64,000 nucleotides of DNA, taken from the NCBI GenBank assembly GCA_025928935.1, contig JAICNB010000002.1, positions 7,496-71,495 on the forward strand. Reading direction: 5' to 3'. Numbering within the stretch: the first letter of the stretch is position 1; each line of letters begins with the position of its first letter. The stretch comes from Acidimicrobiia bacterium (GTDB taxonomy: Bacteria > Actinomycetota > Acidimicrobiia > Spongiisociales > ZC4RG35). The translations under genes were made by a program, and so were the position numbers. The notes under the pieces are model-generated. The model ran no database searches and was not told where the DNA came from. It saw nothing but the letters and a program-made list of their open reading frames with translations. Positions 8,526 through 16,808 of this stretch are shown here, piece by piece.

Positions 8526-9407
8526 TCAGCCACGACCTCGCGCCGCCTCCACCACGTACCCCATGTCCTGGCCGCCAAAGCCGCGACGGATCAGCTCGTC
8601 GAGCAGCTCGGCAGTCCGCTCCAGCTGACCGATGGGGGCGCCGGTGCGACCCGCCTGCTCCAGGGCGAGGGCCAGATCCTTCCGGGCGAGGTCCACGGTG
8701 AAGGTGATCGGCGCGGTGTCGGGATGGAGGTACTGCTCCCGCCGATAGGTGAGCATCGGGGCGCCTGCGGCGCCCATGGTGAGGATGTCCATCGTCGTCT
8801 CGGGTGAGACCCCGGATTTCTCGGCCAGGGCCACCGCCTCGGCGACCGCCTGGCTGAGGCCGTACAAGACCGAATTCACCGCCAGCTTGAGCACCGCCGC
8901 CGATCCGATGGGGCCGACGTGCACCGGGTTGCCCGCCGCATCGAGAACCGGCTCCACCTTCGCATAATCGTCGCCTCTGCCACCGACCATGATCAGCAGC
9001 GAGGCCGCCTCGGCCGCCGCCGTCGACCCTGAGACCGGGGCGTCGACAATCACGCCCCCGGCACGCTCCACCCCGGCCCTCACCCGCTCGAAGCTGTTGG
9101 GGCCCGAGGTGCCCATATCGATGGCGGTCTTGCCTTGGATGGCATCGGTCAGTCCCCCACTGTCGTACACAGCCTCGAGGGCCTCACCATCGGCAAGCAT
9201 CGTGATCACGAACTCGCTGACAGACGCCAGTTCGGGGAGGCTGCTCGCCACTGCCCCGCCATTGTCCCCGACCCACTCCTCCGCCACCGAGTTGGTGCGG
9301 TTCCACACCGTCAACCGATGCCCCACCTTGGCGAGATTGGCGGCGATCCGGGAGCCCATGCGGCCCAAGCCGACGAACCCGATTGCGTGGGATGTGATGG
9401 TTGGCAT
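8526..9407 (-). CDS. NAD(P)-dependent beta-hydroxyacid dehydrogenase (3-hydroxyisobutyrate dehydrogenase family)
   Basis: IGFVGLGRMGSRIAANL Rossmann motif at the ATG at 9407. The rest matches the 6PGDH-NAD-binding / HIBADH architecture. Confidence 0.85.
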   Translation of the reverse strand: MPTITSHAIGFVGLGRMGSRIAANLAKVGHRLTVWNRTNSVAEEWVGDNGGAVASSLPELASVSEFVITMLADGEALEAVYDSGGLTDAIQGKTAIDMGTSGPNSFERVRAGVERAGGVIVDAPVSGSTAAAEAASLLIMVGGRGDDYAKVEPVLDAAGNPVHVGPIGSAAVLKLAVNSVLYGLSQAVAEAVALAEKSGVSPETTMDILTMGAAGAPMLTYRREQYLHPDTAPITFTVDLARKDLALALEQAGRTGAPIGQLERTAELLDELIRRGFGGQDMGYVVEAARGRG

Positions 9408-9478
9408 CCGGCCAAGTATGCACCCCCACCACCGGGCCCGATGCCACGTACTGTGAGTGCCATCGACCTGAGGAAGCA

Positions 9479-10561
9479 GTGAAGGCGATCGTGTATCACG
9501 GTCCGGGTGACGTCCGGATCGAGGACAGACAAGAGCCCGAGCCGGGGCCGGGCCAGATCCTGGTGAGGGTTGCGACAGCGGGCATCTGTGGAACCGATGT
9601 GGGCGAGTTCGTCCACCAGCCACATTTCTTCCCGATCGAGGACCCGCATCCACACAGCGGGCATCTGGGGCCGACCGTGCCTGGCCACGAGTTCTCCGGC
9701 TGGGTGGCCGCCGCAGGCCCCGACGTCACAGGGTTCGATCAGGGCGACCTCGTGGCGGTGGGGGCCGGAGTCTCCTGCGGTGCCTGCTCCCCGTGCCTGG
9801 TCGGGAACACCAATCTGTGCATCTCCTACTGGACGGTGGGGCTGCACGGAGACGGCGGGTTGGCCGAATTGGCCGTTGTCCCCGTTTCCTCTGCGCTGAG
9901 CCTCGCCAACTCCGCCATCACCCCTGATCTCGCCGCCCTGGCCCAGCCCATGTCGATCGGGGTCCATGCCACCCGTCGGGCGAGGGTCACCGAAGGAGAC
10001 CGCGTGGTGGTCCTCGGTGTGGGGGGCATCGGCACCTTCATCGTGAGAGCGGCCGCCTCGGCCGGCGCCGACGTCACCGCCGTCGACCTCGACCCGAATC
10101 GTCTCGAGGTCGCAAGACGCCTGGGAGCCTCGACGACCCTCGACGTCTCGGCCATCGGCATCGATGAGCTCGACGAGGACAGGCCTCCCGACGTCGTCTT
10201 CGAGTGCACCGGGAGGCCGGAGTCGTTGATCCGCGGGGTGAACCTTGTCGCCGATCATGGCCGGTTGGTGGTGGTGGGGCATCAACCGGAGCCGGTGGCC
10301 GTCGACTTCAGGCAGATCGCCCTCGACGAGCTGGAGCTCATCGGCACACAGGCACACGCGATCGCCACCGACCTCCCCGTTGCCGTGGACCTGATCACCG
10401 CCGACCCGCGTATCTGGGCCGTCGTGGCGCCCACCGTCTACCCGCTGGACCAGGTGGTCGAGACCGGTCTGATCCCAATGGCCCGAGGCGACGCCGGGCA
10501 GATCAAGATGCTCTTCGACCCAGCCGTCCAAGCACCCCGTCCGCTCGACACCGGGGACTGA
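9479..10561 (+). CDS. Zinc-dependent alcohol dehydrogenase (MDR family, butanediol/sorbitol dehydrogenase-like)
   Basis: GTG at 9479 gives VKAIVYHGPGDVRIEDR...GICGTDVGEF...GHEFSG, followed by the structural-Zn Cys cluster CGACSPC and GVGGIG. Confidence 0.85.
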   Translation: MKAIVYHGPGDVRIEDRQEPEPGPGQILVRVATAGICGTDVGEFVHQPHFFPIEDPHPHSGHLGPTVPGHEFSGWVAAAGPDVTGFDQGDLVAVGAGVSCGACSPCLVGNTNLCISYWTVGLHGDGGLAELAVVPVSSALSLANSAITPDLAALAQPMSIGVHATRRARVTEGDRVVVLGVGGIGTFIVRAAASAGADVTAVDLDPNRLEVARRLGASTTLDVSAIGIDELDEDRPPDVVFECTGRPESLIRGVNLVADHGRLVVVGHQPEPVAVDFRQIALDELELIGTQAHAIATDLPVAVDLITADPRIWAVVAPTVYPLDQVVETGLIPMARGDAGQIKMLFDPAVQAPRPLDTGD

Positions 10562-10565
10562 CCGG

Positions 10566-11807
10566 TCAGGCCCCGACGGCCAATGGGGCCTTCCGATTAC
10601 GCAGGACCACGAAGGCGGGGACGGCGAGGAGGAGCAATCCGATCATCGAGATCATCGTGTAATCGCTTGCTTGATAGATCACGCCGGAGGAGACACTCGC
10701 CAGGGCAGAAGACCCCCATGTCAGCGAGTCGACCCGCCCCTGGAGCCGGCTCCGTATCTCACTGCCGACTCCCACGGTGAGCAAGGAGCTCCCGGCGACG
10801 AAAGCGAGATTCCAGCCGTAGCCCAGGGCGAACAAGACCGCGACCAGCCACGGTGTCGACTCGCTCGGCCCCGCGGCGGCACCGAAAGCGGAGAGCCCGA
10901 GAAGAGCCATGCCGAGAAGGATCACCCTTATCGCACCCCACCGGTCGGCGAGACGCCCGGTCAGAGGCGAAAGGGCGAACATCCCCAGGGTGTGGGCGCT
11001 CATCACCAGGCCGACGATCCCCAGATCAGACCCGTGGTGATGGATGTGCAGCGGTGTCGACGTCATGATCATCACCATCACCACCTGGCCCGCGATCATG
11101 GCAGTCAGGGCGACCCGGACCATCGGCAGCCGGAAAGCAGGGCCCAGGGCCGCGGGGGCACCTTGCTCGGGATCCGGCCGGTCGAGAGCCAGCGTTGCCG
11201 GGTCGGGGCGCAGCACGATGATATAGAGACCAAGGGCAACGGCCAGGAACACGAGGCCGACCAGAAAACCGCCCGCCAGCTCCGATCGGCCCATGTCGAG
11301 GGCGACACGCCCCGAAGGCTGGAGCAGTGCGGGGCCGAGGACCGACCCGACGGTGCCGGCCCAGACGACCAATCCCAGGGCGGCGCCGCGCCGATCCTCG
11401 GGATACATCTCGGCAGCGGCGTAGCGGGCGAGATGGTTGGACGCGTTGCCCAGCCCGAGAAGGGCCATGCCGAGAAGGAGGAGCGGAAACGAGGCGACCC
11501 CGAATGCGGCAATGGCCAGCACGCAACCGATCACGCCGGTGGCGTAGCCGGCCACCAGACCGGGTCTGCGGCCACGGCGGACCACACTCCGGGTGAGGAG
11601 GGTGGCGCCAAGGGCGGTGCCCAGGGTCGCCGTGGCGCTGGGCACGCCGGACAAGGTGGCCGAGCCGAGGATCTCGTCCGCAGCAAGTGTCGACACGGTC
11701 ACCGCCGCGATGTAGGCGGTGGCCCCCAGAGCCACACCGGCGAACAGGATCGAGGTCAGCCGTCGGCGGACCCGGGCCGTGTCTTCGGTGTGATCAGTCT
11801 GCCTCAA
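10566..11807 (-). CDS. MFS transporter
   Basis: 413 aa with about 12 hydrophobic segments and MFS-like loop motifs (RRGRRPGLV, DRWGAIRV). Confidence 0.85.
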   Translation of the reverse strand: MRQTDHTEDTARVRRRLTSILFAGVALGATAYIAAVTVSTLAADEILGSATLSGVPSATATLGTALGATLLTRSVVRRGRRPGLVAGYATGVIGCVLAIAAFGVASFPLLLLGMALLGLGNASNHLARYAAAEMYPEDRRGAALGLVVWAGTVGSVLGPALLQPSGRVALDMGRSELAGGFLVGLVFLAVALGLYIIVLRPDPATLALDRPDPEQGAPAALGPAFRLPMVRVALTAMIAGQVVMVMIMTSTPLHIHHHGSDLGIVGLVMSAHTLGMFALSPLTGRLADRWGAIRVILLGMALLGLSAFGAAAGPSESTPWLVAVLFALGYGWNLAFVAGSSLLTVGVGSEIRSRLQGRVDSLTWGSSALASVSSGVIYQASDYTMISMIGLLLLAVPAFVVLRNRKAPLAVGA

Positions 11808-11988
11808 CCCGAGTCCCAGACTAGGTAGACGAGCGGCAGCGATACGGAGGTGACGGGCCTCAGCTATTCAGACGAGAGGCGCCGCTGCGAACGGGACAGC
11901 GACCTCGGTGAACAATGTGTCGGGTCGGAACAGGAGGAAAGCGACCAAGGCGAGCGCCGTGGCCCCCCGGCGAAGAGCCAGCGCCGGC

Positions 11989-12555
11989 TCACCTTTGCGG
12001 CGGGGTCAGGACCGTGTCGATCACATGGATCACTCCGTTGGATGCCTCGATGTCGTAGCGGAGGACGGTGGCGCCCCCCACCATCACCATCTCGCCATCC
12101 ACGGTGACTTCGAGCGGTGCTCCGCCGACAGTGGTGAGGGAATCGCCGTCCATGGTCATGACCATGGCCGAGTCTTCCATCATCGACACCAGGTGGTAGC
12201 CGATTATCGACTGGAGCATCTCGCCGCCGGCAAGAGCCTCCTCCTGGGTCATCCCCGACGATTCGAGATATTTGTCGAACGCGTCGTCGGTCGGGGCGAA
12301 AACGGTGAAAGGACCCTCGCCATGTAGGTCTTCCATCAGTCCCGCCGAGTCGATCGCGGTGAGGAAGGTGCCAAGGTCGCCTTCGGCCTCGGCGACGGCG
12401 AGGACATCCTCACTCATCATCTCCTCATCCATCATCTCAGTGGACGAGGTGTCGTCCATCATCTCCACGGTGGTGTCGGTGGTGCCCTCACCGCCGCCAC
12501 CACACGCCGCCAGCAGGGCGATCATCACCAGTGCGAGCAGTGCTCTCGAGTTCAT
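11989..12555 (-). CDS. Fasciclin (FAS1) domain lipoprotein (MPT70/MPT83-like)
   Basis: The lipobox is LLAAC-GGG. The FAS1 motifs TVFAPTDDAF, GYHLV and GVIHVIDTVLTPP are present. Confidence 0.85.
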   Translation of the reverse strand: MNSRALLALVMIALLAACGGGGEGTTDTTVEMMDDTSSTEMMDEEMMSEDVLAVAEAEGDLGTFLTAIDSAGLMEDLHGEGPFTVFAPTDDAFDKYLESSGMTQEEALAGGEMLQSIIGYHLVSMMEDSAMVMTMDGDSLTTVGGAPLEVTVDGEMVMVGGATVLRYDIEASNGVIHVIDTVLTPPQR

Positions 12556-12617
12556 GGCTCGTCCTCCATCGGGTCGACTCGGGCCAAAGGTATGGGGTGC
12601 ACCGGCCGGGTAGGCCC

Positions 12618-12648
12618 CGTTTCATCGTTTGTTGAGCGTTTGTTGCGT
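12618..12648 (+). promoter_or_regulatory. Phased direct repeats (CGTTTCATC, then CGTTTGTTG x2 at 11-bp spacing): candidate OmpR-family binding site
   Basis: Exact CGTTTGTTG copies at 12626-12634 and 12637-12645, preceded by CGTTTCATC at 12618-12626, in the divergent fasciclin/response-regulator spacer. Confidence 0.45.
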
Positions 12649-12670
12649 GTCGCGCAATGGTCGGGCAGGT

Positions 12671-12688
12671 GATGAAACTTCCCGAAAC
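12671..12688 (-). promoter_or_regulatory. Second, opposite-strand set of GTTTC repeats (GTTTCG / GTTTCATC, 10-bp phasing)
   Basis: On the minus strand, GTTTCG is at 12688-12683 and GTTTCATC at 12678-12671. The same octamer occurs on the plus strand at 12619-12626. Confidence 0.35.
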
Positions 12689-12738
12689 GAGAGCGCGGGT
12701 CAGACCCCGAGATTGTGCCGCCTCTTAGCATCAGGGCC

Positions 12739-13437
12739 ATGGCCAGCATCGCACCGAGCGGCCAGCGCATCCTGCTCGTCGACGACGAGCCACGCATACG
12801 CGAGGTGGTCGCCACTTACCTGCGCCGCGATGGCTACATCGTGGAGACGGCCGGTGACGGGGAGATAGCTCGGAAGGGGCTCGCCGGTTTCAAGCCAGAT
12901 CTGGTCGTCCTGGACCTGATGCTGCCCTTGGTGTCGGGGATCGAGATCCTGACCGAGATCAGACGGCATGGGGATCTGCCCGTGATCGTCCTGACAGCCC
13001 GGGCCGAAGAGTCGGACCGCGTGGCCGGGCTCGAGTTGGGCGCGGACGACTACGTAGTCAAGCCGTTCTCTCCACGGGAGCTGGTTGCCCGGGTCCGCTC
13101 GGTGCTGCGACGCACCGGCTCCAAGCAACTCGAGGGCCCCATCGAGTTCGACGGGCTCGTGGTCGACGCTGCAAGGAGGGTGATCACGGCCGAGGGCCGG
13201 GTGGCCGACTTCACCGCCAAGGAGTTCGACCTGCTCGCCTTTCTGGTCGAGAACCCAATGAGGGTCTTCAGCCGCGGCCAGCTCCTGGAGAGCGTCTGGG
13301 GCTCGTCGCCAGATTGGCAGGACCCCGCCACTGTCACGGTCCACGTCCGACGCATCCGTCAGAAGATAGAAGCCGATCCACAGGAGCCTCGTTGGATTCA
13401 GACCGTGTGGGGCGTGGGCTACCGGCTCGGCTCATGA
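12739..13437 (+). CDS. OmpR/PhoB-family response regulator
   Basis: The receiver domain is RILLVDDE...DLVVLDLMLP...VIVLTA. The winged-helix output is LTAKEFDLLAFL...TVWGVGYRL. ATG at 12739 is preferred over 12715. Confidence 0.9.
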   Translation: MASIAPSGQRILLVDDEPRIREVVATYLRRDGYIVETAGDGEIARKGLAGFKPDLVVLDLMLPLVSGIEILTEIRRHGDLPVIVLTARAEESDRVAGLELGADDYVVKPFSPRELVARVRSVLRRTGSKQLEGPIEFDGLVVDAARRVITAEGRVADFTAKEFDLLAFLVENPMRVFSRGQLLESVWGSSPDWQDPATVTVHVRRIRQKIEADPQEPRWIQTVWGVGYRLGS

Positions 13438-14600
13438 GAAGGATCATCTGGGCGCTACTCCTGGTGCTGGTGATCGTCCTGCTGCTGGCCGAGCTGACCA
13501 TGGACCTGAGTGGGGCAGAGCGGCGTCAGCTCTACCTCACTTTCGGGTTGATGGCCGGAGCCACCTTGGCCGCCGCGATAGTGACTCTTCGCCTCGCCAC
13601 GCGATTCCGGTCGCTACGCACCAGCCTGCTGGTGGTGGCCTTCGCCGCAGTGGCCGTCACCGGAGCCGTGGTGGCGGTGGCCGCCCTCACCATGTTCATC
13701 GAGCCTCACGACCTCACCCTGGTCCTGGTGGCCATCGGCTTGGGGGTCGGTCTCGGGGGGGTCGTCGCCGGTGCGATCGCCCGCCCCCTGACCAACGACC
13801 TGGCCGTCATCTCACACACTGCCGAGCAAGTGGCGCGCGGCGATCTGGCCGCCCGAACCGGGGTCGAGCGGGCCGACGAGCTGGGTCGGGCAGCCAGGGC
13901 TCTGGACGAGATGATCGACGCATTGCAGATGTCCGAGAGCGAGCGACGCAACCTGCTTTCCGCCATCGGGCACGATCTGCGCACCCCGATGGGCTCGATG
14001 CAGGCCGCCGTCGAGGCCCTGCAGGACGGCGTTGCCCCCGATCCCCCGGCCTACCTGCGCGGGCTGGGCAACGACCTCGAGCATCTTCGCCATCTCGTCG
14101 ACGACCTCTTCCTGCTCGCCCGTATCGATGCCGGGCGTCTCGAGCTCTCCCCGATCGGAGTCGATCTCTCTGAGTTGGCCGACGAAGCGGTCGAGGCGAT
14201 CACCCCATCCGCAGCCATGAGATCGATCGAGGTGAAGGTGGAGAGCCCGGGCCGTGTGGCCGTCCACGGGGATCCGGCCGCCTTGGGCCGCGTCTTCCGC
14301 AACCTGCTGACCAACGCGATCCGTCACAGCCCGACATCCGGCGAGGTGCGTGTGGTTGTCGGTGTCGATGGTGATCAGGCGGTCACCACTGTCCGCGACC
14401 AGGGCCCCGGCTTCCCCGAGCAGGACGCCGAGAGGCTATTCGACCCCTTCGCCCGGGCCGACGGCTCGAGGAACCGGGAGTCGGGCGGCGCCGGGCTCGG
14501 CCTCGCCATCGCCAAGAGCATCGTTGAAGCCCACGGCGGCCGGATCAGCCTGGGTGCGGGCCCGGGCGGCGACGTCCGGTTCTCCGTGCCTCTGGGATGA
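13434..14600 (+). CDS. Sensor histidine kinase (two TM segments, HAMP, HisKA, HATPase_c)
   Basis: It overlaps the regulator stop as ATGA. The H-box is SAIGHDLRTPM, the N-box LLTNAIRHS, and the G-boxes DQGPGF and GGAGLGLAI. Confidence 0.9.
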   Translation: MRRIIWALLLVLVIVLLLAELTMDLSGAERRQLYLTFGLMAGATLAAAIVTLRLATRFRSLRTSLLVVAFAAVAVTGAVVAVAALTMFIEPHDLTLVLVAIGLGVGLGGVVAGAIARPLTNDLAVISHTAEQVARGDLAARTGVERADELGRAARALDEMIDALQMSESERRNLLSAIGHDLRTPMGSMQAAVEALQDGVAPDPPAYLRGLGNDLEHLRHLVDDLFLLARIDAGRLELSPIGVDLSELADEAVEAITPSAAMRSIEVKVESPGRVAVHGDPAALGRVFRNLLTNAIRHSPTSGEVRVVVGVDGDQAVTTVRDQGPGFPEQDAERLFDPFARADGSRNRESGGAGLGLAIAKSIVEAHGGRISLGAGPGGDVRFSVPLG

Positions 14601-14621
14601 GCACCGAGCCCCACTGACCCG

Positions 14622-15014
14622 ATGGCAATATTCGATTCGTCATCGACCGAAAGGCCCAGGATGTTGTTCGCCAGCGCAGTCCCCATCGAGTCGGGGAAGA
14701 CCGACAGATATCGGGGTCTGGCCCGTGAGCTCCAACCTCATCTGGGTGAGTACGCGGCTCTCAACCGGCGCTTTGGGGTCTCCCGTCACTCGTTTTGGAT
14801 CAACCATGGTCGCCACGGGGACCTTGGGGTCAGCGTGTACGACATCTCCGAGGATGGGCTGGCCCGGATGCGTCAGCGGGAGTGGGAGCCCGACGACTCC
14901 GCCTACGACAGGTGGTGGCTCGGCTTCGTGGAGGACGTGAACGGCATCGACATGCTGCAGACACCGACCCACCTCGCCCCACCCGAGCGCGTGTTCTCCT
15001 GGAACGTGGACTGA
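14622..15014 (+). CDS. Hypothetical protein, last gene of the two-component operon
   Basis: 130-aa ORF starting 21 nt after the kinase stop. I recognise no family and see no signal peptide. Confidence 0.55.
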   Translation: MAIFDSSSTERPRMLFASAVPIESGKTDRYRGLARELQPHLGEYAALNRRFGVSRHSFWINHGRHGDLGVSVYDISEDGLARMRQREWEPDDSAYDRWWLGFVEDVNGIDMLQTPTHLAPPERVFSWNVD

Positions 15015-15027
15015 GGACGGCTCACGC

Positions 15028-15843
15028 TCAACCGGTCGGGCCGAACCGCTCCGTGCGGATCGCCGTCGGGTGATGTCCCAGGTCGACGAGGGTGCCCGCC
15101 ACCAGCTCCACGAACGTAGTAGGCCCGCAGACATAGATCCTGGGTCTCCGATCTGGGTCCCAGGCGACCTCCTCCAGGATCGTCCGATCGACGCGGCGGT
15201 CATAACCGCCCCAGCCGTCTGGCTGCTCCCGGGTCAAGGTGAGCACGACTTCCGTCTCATCGGAGCCATCGTGAACCTCGAGCTCGTCTCGATAGATGAC
15301 GTCGGCGATCGTCCGCGCCGAATAGAGCAACCTGGCCGGGACATCGGCACCGACCGCGCGGCGATGGCGCAACATGGCTCGGAACGGGACGACCCCCGAT
15401 CCACCAGCGATCATGAGTAGCGGCTCGGACATCACAGCCTCCCAGACGAAGTAGAGGCCGATCGGCCCCCTCATCTCCAGCTCCTCCCCCGGCTCGATGA
15501 CATCGAATAGGTAGGGAGAGACCTCACCTTCCTGGAGTCGCTCCACGGTGAGGACGAGATGGTCGTCTTCGGGAGCCGAGGCGATGGAGTAGCTGCGTTG
15601 CGCCTGATAGCCGTCCTCGGCGGTGAGTCTGATGTCGACGTGCTGTCCGGGGATGTGGCCTTCCCACATCGGGCGCTCGAAGACGATGCTCTTGACCCGA
15701 TGGGTCTCGACCCTCGTATCGACGACCTTGGCTGCGAGCCAGTCCAGGGCGACCCGCCTCAGACTTCCTGGCCGGCGACGGTGATCACAATGCGATCCGC
15801 CATCAATCGCCCCAATAGCGCTGCTCCCGCCAGGGGTCGCCAT
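15028..15843 (-). CDS. FNR-like FAD/NAD(P)-binding oxidoreductase (ferredoxin reductase-type)
   Basis: RSYSIAS FAD motif, GGSGVVPF NAD(P) motif and a C-terminal VCGP. The only ATG/GTG start upstream of the conserved N-terminus is 15843, which overlaps the upstream gene by 41 nt. Confidence 0.8.
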   Translation of the reverse strand: MATPGGSSAIGAIDGGSHCDHRRRPGSLRRVALDWLAAKVVDTRVETHRVKSIVFERPMWEGHIPGQHVDIRLTAEDGYQAQRSYSIASAPEDDHLVLTVERLQEGEVSPYLFDVIEPGEELEMRGPIGLYFVWEAVMSEPLLMIAGGSGVVPFRAMLRHRRAVGADVPARLLYSARTIADVIYRDELEVHDGSDETEVVLTLTREQPDGWGGYDRRVDRTILEEVAWDPDRRPRIYVCGPTTFVELVAGTLVDLGHHPTAIRTERFGPTG

Positions 15844-16405
15844 AGTCGTGATAGCCGTTGCGCTCCCAGAACCCTTGCCGGTCGCCGACCATGAGCTCGA
15901 TGCCTCGCACCCATTTGGCGCTCTTCCAGAAGTAGAGATGGGGAACGAGGAGACGGGCCGGTCCCCCATGCTCCGGGGGAAGCGGCTGGTCGTCGTAGCC
16001 GATGGCTATCCAGGACCGGGCCCCCCTCACATCGGCGAGGGGAAGGTTGGTGGTGTATCCCCCATAGCTATGCGCCATCAGATGGGTGGCGTCTGTCTCC
16101 AGCCCGTCGAGGAGGACATCGAGAGAGACTCCCGTCCATGTGGTGTCGAGCTTCGACCACTTGGTGACACAGTGGATGTCCTGGGTCACCGTTTCCATGG
16201 GGAGTGAGTTGAACTCCCCCCAGGTCCAGGATCGCGGCTCATCGACCACACCCGTGATCTCGAAGTTCCAGGTATCGAGGTCGATCCGTGGGGTGGGCCC
16301 AGCGGAGAGAACGGGGAAGTCACGGGTGATGTATTGGCCGGGTGGCAGCCGGTCGGGTGCGACATCGGGTCGCCTGCCTGTGAAGCCTCGGGAGATGATC
16401 GCCAT
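15803..16405 (-). CDS. Sulfite-oxidase-family molybdopterin oxidoreductase (YedY/MsrP-like catalytic subunit, no signal peptide)
   Basis: RLPPGQYITRDFPVL...HCVTKWSKLDTTWTGV...GGPARLLVPHLYFWKSAKWV, the typical oxidoreductase molybdopterin-binding domain. Confidence 0.85.
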   Translation of the reverse strand: MAIISRGFTGRRPDVAPDRLPPGQYITRDFPVLSAGPTPRIDLDTWNFEITGVVDEPRSWTWGEFNSLPMETVTQDIHCVTKWSKLDTTWTGVSLDVLLDGLETDATHLMAHSYGGYTTNLPLADVRGARSWIAIGYDDQPLPPEHGGPARLLVPHLYFWKSAKWVRGIELMVGDRQGFWERNGYHDYGDPWREQRYWGD

Positions 16406-16454
16406 GCGTGGCGGCCGAGGCTAGTTGGCGGCACCCGATCGATAGGATCGCGCC

Positions 16455-16808
16455 GTGGCAGATCAGGAGCGATCCCGGCTCGATGGCACCTGGGCCCTCG
16501 TCGAGTGAGACGGAGCGGAGGTCGACCCGGAAGCACCATGTGAGGTCAGATTGGACAGTGGCCGAGTCAGTGGGAGGGTCGGGGTCAATCGGCTCCACGG
16601 GTCCTACACGGTCACAGGAGACATGCTCGAGTTCTCACCGGCAGCTGCCACCCGAATGGCGGGCCCACCCCACCTGATGGATCTGGAGAGCAGGTTCCAC
16701 CAAGCACTTCAGGGGGAGCACACGTTGCGCATCGAGACCCGACTCGTACTGGGCGACCTAGTCCTCGTTCTCGAGCCCGACGCGATCGACGACCAACCAG
16801 GCGACTAG
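16455..16808 (+). pseudogene. META-domain (HslJ-like) gene interrupted by an in-frame TGA at codon 18 (16506-16508)
   Basis: From GTG at 16455: VADQERSRLDGTWALVE-TGA-DGAEVDPEAPCEVRLDSGRVSGRVGVNRLHGSYTVTGDMLEFSPAAATRMAGPPHLMDLESRF... The META motifs span the stop. The ORF-track entry 16551..16808 is only the downstream part. Confidence 0.6.

Noticed and set aside
12629-12868. 79-aa ORF covering the repeat-containing spacer and the start of the response-regulator gene.
   Set aside because: It starts at a TTG inside the repeat array, overlaps the regulator gene out of frame, and has a Cys/Arg/Ser-rich non-protein-like composition.
16506-16508. Selenocysteine or programmed recoding at the in-frame TGA of the META gene.
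   Set aside because: I see no SECIS-like stem-loop immediately downstream. The position is normally a hydrophobic residue in META domains, not Cys. A nonsense mutation or sequence error is more parsimonious.
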